Origin: a virus
DNA length: 63,982 bases
Virus record (IMG/VR): IMGVR_UViG_3300027573_000001
Location: 1-63,982 of that record
Reading direction: 5' to 3' (one strand)
The position numbers were made by a program, and so were the translations under genes. Positions 8,128 through 18,728 of the stretch are shown piece by piece; the first letter of the stretch is position 1, and each line of letters begins with the position of its first letter. The notes beneath the pieces are model-generated. The model ran no database searches. It was not told the DNA's origin and was given only the letters and a program-made list of their open reading frames with translations.

Positions 8128-9462
8128 TTATCGAAGCGCGGTGTAACGATACGTAAAGCCGCTTTCATTAGTATACCCACCAGCAACAGACCCACCAACA
8201 ACGAACCCGTCACTAGCATGTAAATTGTTGTTAGTCAGTGGGCCACCAATGGAACTAGCTGCGAATCCTACACCAGTACTAGCAACTGAGCTATGGATTA
8301 CTGCTAAGGCGGGCTTGCTCTCAGAGGTTATAATAACAAGCTTAGGTACAAATCCTAAAGTTATTTGCCTAGCATTGGATCCATCACCAGAATACGTGCC
8401 TTGTACTCCTACTAGAGAAAATGCCGCAGCATGTAAGCCGTCTACCATATCTGCATTTAAGTTAGTATTTACTGTACCATTACTTATAGGTACATTACCG
8501 CTAGCATTTCCTGCATGTGCGCCATCTACCATATCCGCATTTAAGTTAGTATTTACAGTCCCGTTACTAATGGGTACTCGTCCACTAGCGTTACCAGAAA
8601 GCAAACCACTGAGCAAAGCTGCATTTAAGTTATCATTTAAAGTTCCGTTACTAATAGGTATATTACCGTTGGCATTACCAGACTGCTTACTATCTAGCTG
8701 ATCTGCATTGAGGTCTACATTTAAGGTGGTGTTATTAATAGGTATATTACCAGTAGCATTGCCAGAGTTTTTAGTATCTAGTAAGTCTGCGTTTAAGTTA
8801 GTGTTTAATGTACCATTGCTAATTGGGATTAGGCCAGTACCATTGCCAGCATCTAAACTATCTACTTTGTCTGCGTTTAAACCAGTACTTAATATAGCGT
8901 TATTAATAGGTATATCACCATTACCATTACCAGCATTTCTATTATCTAGTGAGTCTGCGTCTAATCCCGATCCTGAACCATCGTTGTTAGTATTCCATAA
9001 CTTGAACCAGCTACTAGGACTACCATTGATAATCCATCGTATGTAGCAATAATTATCATTAACGAGCCCCATAGCCATTTGTATTCTATGATCCACACTG
9101 TAGTTATAGTATCTATTTTGTATTAAGTACCAGTTAACAACGGCTCCAACTGGCCCGTCAACTACTCCACCAGGGCTATTTTCTATGATATAGAAACCAG
9201 AACCTAGAGCTAGAGCAGCAGCAAATGTAGTATGTACAGGGCTTACTTGATTAACTTTTTGCTCTAGCATAGCAGCGGACGGTAACAGTCCCCATGTAGC
9301 TGTACTCGCCCCTGTACTGTATAATGCTTTATTTATACCTCCTGGATCGGCATTTCCAAGAAGTACCCTGAGATGATTCATATTATCTCTAGTATAAGTA
9401 TTAAACATAGCAGCAGTATAGATATCGCCTGTTGCTACAGTGGGAGGGGCAGTCCAAGTCAT
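8128..9462 (-). CDS. Tail fibre protein with about 8 repeats of GNxxGxIPISNGTLNxxLNADxxD
   Basis: Repeats visible in the translation; LNADMVDGxHA motif is typical of phage fibres. Confidence 0.75.
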   Translation of the reverse strand: MTWTAPPTVATGDIYTAAMFNTYTRDNMNHLRVLLGNADPGGINKALYSTGASTATWGLLPSAAMLEQKVNQVSPVHTTFAAALALGSGFYIIENSPGGVVDGPVGAVVNWYLIQNRYYNYSVDHRIQMAMGLVNDNYCYIRWIINGSPSSWFKLWNTNNDGSGSGLDADSLDNRNAGNGNGDIPINNAILSTGLNADKVDSLDAGNGTGLIPISNGTLNTNLNADLLDTKNSGNATGNIPINNTTLNVDLNADQLDSKQSGNANGNIPISNGTLNDNLNAALLSGLLSGNASGRVPISNGTVNTNLNADMVDGAHAGNASGNVPISNGTVNTNLNADMVDGLHAAAFSLVGVQGTYSGDGSNARQITLGFVPKLVIITSESKPALAVIHSSVASTGVGFAASSIGGPLTNNNLHASDGFVVGGSVAGGYTNESGFTYRYTALR

Positions 9463-9896
9463 TGTAAACGCTCCGAGTTTTCAGCCTGTAACTGTTCTAA
9501 TGGTTCGTTTATGAACCATGTTCTATTAGCAGGATTAGGACGCTGTAGTAGTGTTTTTTCTATTTCATTCAGTACAGTAGGCTCTGGCATGATAATCATA
9601 CGACACTTCCCACCTATATCGGAATTGCCACATAGAGCGCATACCATTATATGTGGGCCTTTTCGCCATACATATTCTGCACCTAAACAATTAGGGCAGT
9701 CTGCAAGTAGTCTACTGTGCGATATATGTACTATCGCAGGATTTTGGTCACTAATATTCTTCTCGTCTGGTACAGTTATCCCTGAGCGTCTTGCGGTCTG
9801 TATCCATTTAGTACGCCAAAAGTCCCTTAGAGACATATCAAAGTTTGACTGCCCGTCTATTAAGTGCTGAGTTTGAGTTTTAGTTTGGGAAGGCAT
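9459..9896 (-). CDS. Hypothetical tail-module protein (Cys cluster CPNC...CALCG)
   Basis: ORF track; start and stop overlap both neighbours. Confidence 0.55.
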   Translation of the reverse strand: MPSQTKTQTQHLIDGQSNFDMSLRDFWRTKWIQTARRSGITVPDEKNISDQNPAIVHISHSRLLADCPNCLGAEYVWRKGPHIMVCALCGNSDIGGKCRMIIMPEPTVLNEIEKTLLQRPNPANRTWFINEPLEQLQAENSERLQ

Positions 9897-11071
9897 TATG
9901 TTAGTCTCGCATTTATTTTTACGTAGGCAGTTTGTCCTAGTAGTATTGCCGAGTGTCCAGCCGTTAGTCCAGCGGCCACTGTAGCTCTCATTAATGGAAG
10001 TATAGGACTAGTTCCTATTACACTAAGTGCTGTGACGTTAGTAGACCCTGCTTGTGTGTATACCTTTAAGTTAGCTATAGTATCTACGCTTACTGTAGGA
10101 GTAGCCCGTTTACGTTGAAATGGTACTAAGAAATCTGCTACTGTCGTACTGGTACAGAAACCAGTACCTACAGCAGTATTAACGTTGTTACCAAGTACTT
10201 CAAAATATCTCTTACACAGTAAATCTTCTATAGCATATGGCCTTACATCATACGGACCGCAATACGGCCCTGGTCGAGCAGTAAGGCCACATACTGAAAA
10301 GTCATTTGATACAGTACCAAGTACATTAGGCTGTACAGATGTGCTCATCTTTAAAGCAGATAGCCATGAGCCTGAAACATCTTGCTGATTAGCTCCGATA
10401 CCTAAAGCGAATCTAATTCTTAGTCCAGTACCAGTCTCATAGTTCCAAGTACCAGCAGTCGGACTAGCAGGTACAGTTATACTTTTTTCTTCCCACGTAT
10501 TAGCTGCGTTTATAGTATAGGTACCTATATAAGTTCTATCACTACCATCATTTACGAAAGCTATACTATATACGCCAGTAAGTGTAGCTTTCACCCAAAA
10601 CCTAATAGTAAACTCTCTTTGTGCTAGTATACCCCAAAGAAATCCCTCAGTAAGATGTTCTAGAAAATACCAGTCAGTAGCAGGGTCTAATGAAGCATCA
10701 GGCGTAGTTACTAATACTCGTAAAGAGTATGGTATTTTTGAGGCATTAACTCCAGGAGTAGGAGTATTAGTAGATATTGCTAAAGTAACTGCTCCCACTC
10801 CCCCCGCGGTATGCCAGCGCCATTGATCGGGGCCATATACTAAGTTACCAATTGCAGGGTAAGATAATGCATCAGACCATATTAGAGGTCCACCGTTTAC
10901 AATAGGATTAGTATTCCATTGTCCATTATATGAATTATCTATAAGAGCTAGGATATTGTCATTTGCTCTATTAATAAGCGAACGTAACCCTAGACCACCT
11001 GCTGCTGAACCAGGAGGGTCAGCAGGTTCAATATCTGGTAACTCAGGAATACCATTAGGAAAGTCAGTCAT
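9896..11071 (-). CDS. Tail or baseplate structural protein (putative)
   Basis: Position between distal tail genes and the fibre; translationally coupled. Confidence 0.5.
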   Translation of the reverse strand: MTDFPNGIPELPDIEPADPPGSAAGGLGLRSLINRANDNILALIDNSYNGQWNTNPIVNGGPLIWSDALSYPAIGNLVYGPDQWRWHTAGGVGAVTLAISTNTPTPGVNASKIPYSLRVLVTTPDASLDPATDWYFLEHLTEGFLWGILAQREFTIRFWVKATLTGVYSIAFVNDGSDRTYIGTYTINAANTWEEKSITVPASPTAGTWNYETGTGLRIRFALGIGANQQDVSGSWLSALKMSTSVQPNVLGTVSNDFSVCGLTARPGPYCGPYDVRPYAIEDLLCKRYFEVLGNNVNTAVGTGFCTSTTVADFLVPFQRKRATPTVSVDTIANLKVYTQAGSTNVTALSVIGTSPILPLMRATVAAGLTAGHSAILLGQTAYVKINARLT

Positions 11072-11076
11072 TAGCC

Positions 11077-12663
11077 TTATCCAAAGAAGTCATTACCAAA
11101 CTCGTCAATACCAAATCTAAAGGCTTCATCTTCGGCAACTAACTCACAACCTAATGTACAGGATACTAATTGCCCATTTAATATCTGTACTGTTTTGCTT
11201 TCTATGAAGTAATCATGATCCAAACCTTGTGCCGTTACAACAACATGTATTCTATCTGATATCCTACTTCTCATTATAAATAATGCCGCATCAACATTAC
11301 TATTATGCACTGTAAGAGTTAACTGATCTCTGGGTTCTCTGTATCTAGTTGCAATGGCGTTTACAATATCTTGTGCAATATTAGAATTAATCTCAGGCCA
11401 AATATCCACAGCTAAGCTGGAGGCACGATACCTAGCTAAAGAAAGTGCTACATCCACAGTAGACTGAACATGTGGAGTAGTAGTTATTACTAATTCTTGT
11501 GCTCTAAGATAAATACCGTCAGACTCCTGCCCTGATGGTCCCGTTATAACTGCACCAGCAGGGCCTGCTGTTATAGTAATACCTATATGTGTTCCACTAG
11601 TATTACTTAAAAGAACTGCGGTTACAGCACCACTAGAGACTAGGTAATCTACAGTATCTACTGGAGGTATAGCATTCTTAACAGGGTTATTGAGAGATGT
11701 CCATAAGGTCTTAATCTCATCAGCGCCTAATGTTAAGACTTGCCCGTAGTTCCATTTCTGGCCCGCTGGTGTAGTCAATTCTCTAACATTAGTTGTAGCA
11801 GTTACGTTGTTCCAAACCTCATCAGGATTTTGATTGAATACAGTAACAGGATTATGATATATAGGATTTCTAAAAGGGACAGTTACAGGATCAACTATCA
11901 TATCATATAAATACCATTGTACTGTATTAGACCTATAATTATTTATTCTATATTGCCTACCCTGAAAGTGTATCACTACCTGTTCGTCTATAACATCTGC
12001 ATATAAGAATGATCCTGGTCCCTCAGTAATCATTAATTTAGGAAATATATTAATAGGTAACTCATCGTCCATCCAGAAATAGTCTATTATTGCATCACCA
12101 GTATCAAAATCTCTAAAATTTGCTGGTATACCTAATTGATCGCATATAGCATGTAATATTAAATCTACTCTAGTATTCTCCATTAGTGGTAAAGTAACTC
12201 TCTTACTAACAAAGAATTCAAAATGCCCTAGAGAACTAATAGCTACGGATTTTATTGCTGCCAAAGTTTGTGGGGCCTGATCTACATATCCAAAGAATAT
12301 AGTAACAAACTCTGGATCATCTAATGTCCAGTCTTCTCCATCAAGGTCAATAGTATCTATCATATCAACATGTATGTCAGAGTTATGATATAATGCAGCC
12401 GCTGTAGACGGTCCCCTATTTACGAATCCTGCTAACGGACCAGCACCGTTATTATATTTTCCGTCTTGATTATTTAGAACAAACTCCATTGTTTCAACAC
12501 GGGCAGGTGCAGTACTCCTAGCTTGGTCCCTTCCCCACGTTGTTGAAAAAGTACCATTTAATACATCGTTAGTTACTTCCCAATAATCTGAGGTGTCAGC
12601 ATCCGTACCTTCACTCCAGTTTACTACTATTCTCTTTTCTAAAATTCTACTAAGCTCGGTCAT
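11077..12663 (-). CDS. Minor or distal tail protein (putative)
   Basis: Immediately downstream of the tape measure gene with a 4-nt overlap. Confidence 0.55.
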   Translation of the reverse strand: MTELSRILEKRIVVNWSEGTDADTSDYWEVTNDVLNGTFSTTWGRDQARSTAPARVETMEFVLNNQDGKYNNGAGPLAGFVNRGPSTAAALYHNSDIHVDMIDTIDLDGEDWTLDDPEFVTIFFGYVDQAPQTLAAIKSVAISSLGHFEFFVSKRVTLPLMENTRVDLILHAICDQLGIPANFRDFDTGDAIIDYFWMDDELPINIFPKLMITEGPGSFLYADVIDEQVVIHFQGRQYRINNYRSNTVQWYLYDMIVDPVTVPFRNPIYHNPVTVFNQNPDEVWNNVTATTNVRELTTPAGQKWNYGQVLTLGADEIKTLWTSLNNPVKNAIPPVDTVDYLVSSGAVTAVLLSNTSGTHIGITITAGPAGAVITGPSGQESDGIYLRAQELVITTTPHVQSTVDVALSLARYRASSLAVDIWPEINSNIAQDIVNAIATRYREPRDQLTLTVHNSNVDAALFIMRSRISDRIHVVVTAQGLDHDYFIESKTVQILNGQLVSCTLGCELVAEDEAFRFGIDEFGNDFFG

Positions 12664-15600
12664 ACTCGCAACCCTGGAACGCCGACATTTCTACCAGTCT
12701 TAGCCATGAGCTTCAAGCCGTAAATCATAATATTTTGTATCTGCTCATTACCGATTAAGACTGGTATCTGTATGGACTGCATAGGACCATCGTTACCATT
12801 ATTGTAATTAGCTGTAGCTGTAGTTCCTAATAACCGTTCAGGCTGTCCAGTTTCACCAGCTATACCCATCTCACCAGTACGCAAGCCTACCATTAATGTA
12901 GGTTCTACAATGTTCTTACCATGCTGGTAGCCTTGAATTATCTCTAAGTAGCGACGAGTTTCTCCAGGCATGTAGCCTTCTTGTAAGCTACCTTCACCAG
13001 CATTGTAAGCCCACAAAGCATTGCGTACACCTGGATTACCATGTAAACCACTGTACCTACGTTCCAAGTAATGCATGTATCGTGCGGCTTTGGTAAGAGA
13101 ATCTATAGGATCATAGACGTTTACACCTAGCATACGGGCCGTGCCGTCCGTGAACTGTGCTATACCCTTAGCTCCAGCGGAGGATTGTCGTCGTCCAGTG
13201 ATAACATCAGGATCGAAATTAGCAGACTCTTGACGCATCTGCCGCCCGAATAACTCTGGATCGCTAAAGTTTTCATTTTGTGCTATCTGTCGTGCTTTGC
13301 TTTCCCAATCAGTAGCCCTAACACGAATAACTACTACAGGACCGTTAGGGCCGAATGGATGTAATTCTAGTATCTCTCCAGTACCACCAATACTAGCCCC
13401 ACCAAGCGGATTAATAAATCCACCCATGTATGGTACAGGATCAATAGTACTGCCTACTGGATCACCGCCAGGACTCTTACGTACTTCATAATGTAAGTGT
13501 GGAGTATTCCACGGCTCTAGTCCAGTAGCACCCAACGTACCAATTAATTGACCACGAGTAAGGCGATCCCCTGCTTTTACCGATACATTATCTAAGTGAC
13601 CATAGTATTCATATAATCCAGTATCACGCATCCTAGTGATAAAGCCCTCACCACCAGCACTTTCACTCGTAGTATTTACTACATCAGCGTCAGTAAATGC
13701 TCCAAGTGGTGTGCCTCTACCACCATTAGGACCAGGCAAAGTTAAGTCAATACCTCTGTGACGTGAAGGGCCATTTGCCCACATGGCCCCACCAGCAAAC
13801 GGGCCGTTATATGGAGCATTATAAGGGAATAACGTATTAAACTGCCCGCCTGAGCTAGCCCCTACACCACCACCGCCGTCCATTCCACCACCACGACGCC
13901 CAGGACGGCCATCATCAGGACGTTGAAAGCCAGGGGCAATAAGTCCGCGTTGTTCTAACTCATTAATCTTATTAATAAAGTCACGTAAAGGTCCATCCAT
14001 TACATTACGTATACTTTGGTTTGTATCCCTCTCCCAACTATTCCACCATATTCTTTGATTTTCTATGCCTTGACGTATTCTTCTGTGTGCTTCTTCATTA
14101 CGAGTAATTAAGCCTTCGGGGCCGTCGTATACATCATGTATCTTACGCTTCTCTGCGTCGTAAGCTTCACTGATAATCCTGGTACGTTCATCATAAGCAG
14201 CTTTTGCCCGCTTATGCATCTCTTCCTGTTTGGCTAATAAGCCATCAACAGGATGGTCATAAACTGTCTTGATAGCCTCTATTTCTCTTTTGTAACCCTC
14301 TTCTACGAGTCTTGTACGTTCCGCATAACTCTCTCTAGCATTATCTATAGCACGTTTTAGTGCAGGAATGGAGCCTGTAAGCGGATCGTCATATGTAGCC
14401 TTAATGTCTTTTTGTTCAGCTTCATATGCTGAGTGAACTATTCTAGCTTTTTCAGCATACTGCTTTTGAGTTTCTTCTTTATTCTTACGTAAGCGTGCTA
14501 GTATACCATCAACAGGATCGTCGTATAAGTCTTGTAGTCTCTTCTTCTCATCATCGTAAGCCTGAGCAACAACTTTCTTACGATTATCAAAGTTTTCTTT
14601 TTCTTCTCTCTGTCGTTCCTTTAAAGCATCGACTGTTCTTTCGTAAGTCTCATTTACTTCATCACGTTCGCTTTCATACGCCTCAGTTATTTTTTCTTTA
14701 CGGCCTTCAAGAGCGTCATCTTCTTGCTTTCGTCTATCAGCTAGCAACTCCATTTGACGCTCATGTTCAGCATCTTCACGAGCGCGCTGATCTTCTATAT
14801 TTAGTTTTCTAGCCTCAAATGCTTGATCTTCTGCATAACGCTGATCGCTTACAGCACGAGAATAAGCTTCATACCTATCTCTAACTGCTTCTTTTTCGGC
14901 CTCAAAATTAAGTTTAACTGCGTCTGTTCGCTCTTTAAGTAGAGCTACCTGCGCGTCTCGACCAATTTCTAATTCAGTTCTTTGTTGCTCAATATGATTT
15001 TTTAGGAGGTTTAATTGGTCTTCTAGATTTACTCTAGCGGCTTCTTTTTCTTCATCTAAAGATGCTCTACGAGCAGCAACTTCATCTGTTAAAAGTATCT
15101 TAAGATTATCAAATCTTAATTTAGCAGTACTTTCTCTAAGATCATACTCAGCTTTAATAGTCGCTTCTGCGAGCTCGTATTCTGCCTTTAGCTGCTCTTC
15201 CCTATTCTTAAATTCTTTCTTAGCAGCATCTTCACGGAGCTTAAATTCGTCTTGTAACTGATCCTCTAGTAAGGATAATTCATCACTTACAGCATCTTTT
15301 TCTACTTTAAGAATTTCCTCAGCAGTCTCGTAGGACTGCCTGATACGCTCTCTACGTATCTCTTCTTCTATTCTTCTAACTTCTGTTACATCGCCTTTAC
15401 GCTCAGCTATAGTAAGAGACTGAGTAAGATCAGTTATTTTGTTTTCGCCAGCAAAAGCACGCTGTAGACTATTTACGGCTCGTATTCTAGAATCAAACTC
15501 ATCTAAACGAGCACGCTTCTCTTCTTGTATAGCCCCTAACGTTGCGCGCTTTTCTTCTTCTATCTGGTTTAATCTAACATCTCGTTCTTCTTCTAATTGA

Positions 15601-17897
15601 TTAAGTCTAGCATCACGCTCTTGCTCAATCTGGTTTAGTCTAGCATCTCCTTCAACCTCAATAGTGTCTAATGTTACACGTTCTTCTTCTTCAAGCTGAC
15701 GTAAACGAGTTGTATGCTCAGCCTTTAATGCGTTTTGTCTATCTTCTATATCATTAATAATTAATTGACTAGCTGCCTTAGACGCTTCTACTTGCGACTC
15801 GTAAGCGTCATTTATTATTTGTAATTGTTCTTGGTAAGCTTTCTGTACTGCTTGGGTTTCAGCCTGTAAAGCTTTTTCTACATTTCCTTGTCGGGACTCT
15901 AATGCTTCTAGTTCTTGTTCTTGTCTATCGCCTATTGCTCGATCTTCTAACTCACGACGACGATCAACACCCTCATTCTGTGCATCTAACGACCGATCTT
16001 CTAATTCACGCTGGCGCTCTATCTGGGCTAGACGTGCTTCTATACGTCGATCTTCTTGTATTCTAGCATTCTCTCTGGCTTTCTCTTGATCTTCTATACT
16101 CTCTAATGCATTATCACGTACTTCCTCAGCAGCCTGTAACTCTTTTTCTTTAGTATCTTCTGCTTGATCTAATCTAGATTGGAAGTACTTTTCCCTACGT
16201 GACTCTTCTATTTCTATATTTGCTAAAGCATTGTCACGAGTCTCATCAGCAGCACGCATTGCTAAGTCTTTAGCACGCTGCTGTTCAGCTATTTGTGTTT
16301 CTACAGCATCTACTATTGCGTCTTTCTCAGCATCCAAAGCTTCTAGCGTATTGTCTCTAGTCTCTTCTGCTAACTCTTTACGCTTATCTCGTGCAATTTC
16401 TTGCTGTGATATTTGCTCTTCCGCAGCTTTTATTACAGCTTCTTTTTCTACTTCTAAGCCACGAACAGCATTCTCTTTATTAGTTTCAGCAGTCTTTAAT
16501 TTCTCATCACGCTCGACACGTAGCTGAGTCATCCTCGCGTCGTGAGCATCATCCTCAGCACGCTTTTCATCTTCTAGAGCTTTTATCGCTCCATCTTTTC
16601 TATCTTCCGCTGCTTGTATAGCAGCATCCTTCGCGAATCCTGTTTGCTTTACTACATTATAATAGCGTTCGTCTTCCATCCGCATCTCTGCTTGTAAAGC
16701 AGCTTGAATGGACTCATTTCTTTCTTTGTTAGCTTTCTCCTGTGCAGTTAAAGCTGCTTTTAATGCAGTTTCAAATCTATCAAGTGCTTGCTTTTGCCTA
16801 GCCTCGTTATCCTCACCCTCTTGTAGAGTTGGACCAATAAATCCAGGCTCACCAGGAAACGGATCACGAGCCCCAGCTGCCGCTGCTTCTAAAGCATCTA
16901 ATTGTCTAATATATTCTTTTAATTCAGCAGTGGCTGCTATCCAATTACCAGCATGCTTAATTAATAAAAGATTAAATTGGGAAATAATATCCATAGCTTT
17001 TTGCTGACGAGCAGAATCAGTTATAAGTTTTGTCATAGCATTAGCGACATTAGTCATAGGAGGAAGTACTATTTGTAAAGCCTGATTAAGTTTTCCTCCT
17101 ATAGATTGACTTAGCTCAATAGTCGCTTTATTCCAAGCATCATATGTACCTAAGTCACTTTTAGCTCTATCTGTAATAGCACTTTGATACTGTAGTGACT
17201 GCTTTTGCGCTTCTGCTAAAAGTAGCTGTGCCCTTTCCGAATCTGATAAAGTATAGAAATGCTTACGTTGTGCTTCTGTCATTAAGCCAACGTTACGTAC
17301 AAAGTCTCGACCTAGAGTTAGGCCAAGCTTTTCCACAGCCTCACCCTCACCACGGATAGCTGCTTGAATATCTCTAGCAGACTGCTCCATATCTCTACCA
17401 CTCTTAGCAGAATATGCAGCAGTAAGTGTAGTAAGAGTCTTAATTTGATCGCTAGTCAAAGCATAGTTTTGCCGCAAGACTCCAAATGCTGTAATGCTGG
17501 CTTGAACCTCAGATGTGGCTCTATTAGTTTGTTTTCCTAAAGCTTCAGCAAATCTAGTATATTCAGAAGCTGAAGACTTGTAAGTTTGCGCTAATTCAAA
17601 CTGGACCTGTTGAAGTTTTATATTTGCAGCAACTGCCTCTGAAGTTACTTTGACTACGCCTTGTAGTCCTACACTAACACCAGCTAGAGCAGCACCAAGA
17701 GCTATAGCCGAGCCAGTGACACCCTTAAAAGAGGCACCTAGAGTATTACTACTCCCAGATGCTTGATTAATAGCAGTAGCTATTTTAGCAGACGACGCTC
17801 TAGCCGCAGCCTCACTCTGAGCAAATGCACGAAGCATCTGCTCATTGTTTGCCGTCATTAAGAATTCAGCTGCACCCAGACCGTATCTGTTTGCCAT
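12660..17897 (-). CDS. Tail tape measure protein (1745 aa) with C-terminal M23 peptidase and SLT lytic transglycosylase domains
   Basis: Long E/R/K-rich coiled coil. HRGIDL...HLHYEV (M23, about 13480-13780). RQESANF...GIAQFT...AYNAGEG (SLT, about 12990-13260). Confidence 0.9.
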   Translation of the reverse strand: MANRYGLGAAEFLMTANNEQMLRAFAQSEAAARASSAKIATAINQASGSSNTLGASFKGVTGSAIALGAALAGVSVGLQGVVKVTSEAVAANIKLQQVQFELAQTYKSSASEYTRFAEALGKQTNRATSEVQASITAFGVLRQNYALTSDQIKTLTTLTAAYSAKSGRDMEQSARDIQAAIRGEGEAVEKLGLTLGRDFVRNVGLMTEAQRKHFYTLSDSERAQLLLAEAQKQSLQYQSAITDRAKSDLGTYDAWNKATIELSQSIGGKLNQALQIVLPPMTNVANAMTKLITDSARQQKAMDIISQFNLLLIKHAGNWIAATAELKEYIRQLDALEAAAAGARDPFPGEPGFIGPTLQEGEDNEARQKQALDRFETALKAALTAQEKANKERNESIQAALQAEMRMEDERYYNVVKQTGFAKDAAIQAAEDRKDGAIKALEDEKRAEDDAHDARMTQLRVERDEKLKTAETNKENAVRGLEVEKEAVIKAAEEQISQQEIARDKRKELAEETRDNTLEALDAEKDAIVDAVETQIAEQQRAKDLAMRAADETRDNALANIEIEESRREKYFQSRLDQAEDTKEKELQAAEEVRDNALESIEDQEKARENARIQEDRRIEARLAQIERQRELEDRSLDAQNEGVDRRRELEDRAIGDRQEQELEALESRQGNVEKALQAETQAVQKAYQEQLQIINDAYESQVEASKAASQLIINDIEDRQNALKAEHTTRLRQLEEEERVTLDTIEVEGDARLNQIEQERDARLNQLEEERDVRLNQIEEEKRATLGAIQEEKRARLDEFDSRIRAVNSLQRAFAGENKITDLTQSLTIAERKGDVTEVRRIEEEIRRERIRQSYETAEEILKVEKDAVSDELSLLEDQLQDEFKLREDAAKKEFKNREEQLKAEYELAEATIKAEYDLRESTAKLRFDNLKILLTDEVAARRASLDEEKEAARVNLEDQLNLLKNHIEQQRTELEIGRDAQVALLKERTDAVKLNFEAEKEAVRDRYEAYSRAVSDQRYAEDQAFEARKLNIEDQRAREDAEHERQMELLADRRKQEDDALEGRKEKITEAYESERDEVNETYERTVDALKERQREEKENFDNRKKVVAQAYDDEKKRLQDLYDDPVDGILARLRKNKEETQKQYAEKARIVHSAYEAEQKDIKATYDDPLTGSIPALKRAIDNARESYAERTRLVEEGYKREIEAIKTVYDHPVDGLLAKQEEMHKRAKAAYDERTRIISEAYDAEKRKIHDVYDGPEGLITRNEEAHRRIRQGIENQRIWWNSWERDTNQSIRNVMDGPLRDFINKINELEQRGLIAPGFQRPDDGRPGRRGGGMDGGGGVGASSGGQFNTLFPYNAPYNGPFAGGAMWANGPSRHRGIDLTLPGPNGGRGTPLGAFTDADVVNTTSESAGGEGFITRMRDTGLYEYYGHLDNVSVKAGDRLTRGQLIGTLGATGLEPWNTPHLHYEVRKSPGGDPVGSTIDPVPYMGGFINPLGGASIGGTGEILELHPFGPNGPVVVIRVRATDWESKARQIAQNENFSDPELFGRQMRQESANFDPDVITGRRQSSAGAKGIAQFTDGTARMLGVNVYDPIDSLTKAARYMHYLERRYSGLHGNPGVRNALWAYNAGEGSLQEGYMPGETRRYLEIIQGYQHGKNIVEPTLMVGLRTGEMGIAGETGQPERLLGTTATANYNNGNDGPMQSIQIPVLIGNEQIQNIMIYGLKLMAKTGRNVGVPGLRV

Positions 17898-17912
17898 ACT
17901 AGTTTAACTCAC

Positions 17913-18179
17913 CTAAGCCACGTCTACGCTATCGCTACCAATCATAGTCTTAAACGCACGCTTCATCTGACGAGCAGACTTAAGTATCTTACCATTAAAG
18001 GAAACTACATTATGCGTATTAAACTTAGGCATAAGTAGTTTAGTTATACCTCTAAACCAATCTCTACGAGAACTGTTGCTAATGTGGGGTAGCATTACGA
18101 CATCTGCCATCTGTAAAGCAGCTAGTGCTTTTATGCGCTGCATTTCTCTTACATGTGCCTCAAACACAGCAGATGTCAT
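17913..18179 (-). CDS. Tail assembly chaperone-position ORF (possible T part of a G/GT pair)
   Basis: Sits between the chaperone-like ORF and the tape measure gene. No SD upstream. Its frame is -1 relative to 18209..18685 and open for about 26 codons of overlap. Confidence 0.45.
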   Translation of the reverse strand: MTSAVFEAHVREMQRIKALAALQMADVVMLPHISNSSRRDWFRGITKLLMPKFNTHNVVSFNGKILKSARQMKRAFKTMIGSDSVDVA

Positions 18180-18208
18180 AGTAGGAGTAATTTCGAATCC
18201 ATGATATA

Positions 18209-18685
18209 CTAAGCGGAGATCGGGGAGGATTCTTGAATAGTCGAGTTCTGATCCGTCTCCGCTTTCACTTCCGGGTCGTCGCTTTCAACTTCCGTAGCTG
18301 GATTCTCTTTCCAGTAACCTATATACTTAAGAGTCTTAATACAAAGCCCATTCTTTTCTTCGTCATCAGATGCAAGTAAATCAGCTTCGTCAAGACTCAT
18401 TCCAGGTATTAATGCTAAGAAACTATCTCTAGCAAATATCTGAAATGCAACGTCACTGAATCCATTAGCATCTACGTCTTCTCTGAATCTCTTACTTACT
18501 TGATGTAGAGTTGCTTTTACAAGTACAGGACATCTTGGGCCATACTTGTACGCTTGTAATACTATAGGCTGAGTTTTATAAACTTTAACTCCATCAGGAC
18601 CATCAAGGGACTCTTCAACTATACGATTAATTCTAACAGGCACATGCTCAGGTACTAAGTCGCCAAGTTCAAGTATGCCAACCAT
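18209..18685 (-). CDS. Tail assembly chaperone (putative)
   Basis: Position; acidic C-terminus. Start moved to internal MVGILELG to avoid overlap with the major tail gene. Confidence 0.5.
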   Translation of the reverse strand: MVGILELGDLVPEHVPVRINRIVEESLDGPDGVKVYKTQPIVLQAYKYGPRCPVLVKATLHQVSKRFREDVDANGFSDVAFQIFARDSFLALIPGMSLDEADLLASDDEEKNGLCIKTLKYIGYWKENPATEVESDDPEVKAETDQNSTIQESSPISA

Positions 18686-18728
18686 AAATATATAGGAGGG
18701 TACGTAATGTACCCTCCCATCCTCCCTA

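Noticed and set aside
8225-9046. Plus-strand ORFs 8225..8701 and 8708..9046
   Set aside because: They lie antisense to the repeat region of the tail fibre gene, the same repeat-driven artefact. The minus-strand fibre reading has recognisable fibre motifs.
9373-9870. Plus-strand ORF 9373..9870 (165 aa)
   Set aside because: It lies antisense to 9459..9896, which is translationally coupled to both neighbours in the tail operon and has a more protein-like sequence.
13297-17007. Plus-strand ORFs inside the tape measure gene (13297, 14495, 16231, 16708)
   Set aside because: They are short, antisense to a gene with clear domain motifs, and have Ser/Leu/Cys-rich unnatural translations typical of the reverse strand of E/K/R-rich coding sequence.
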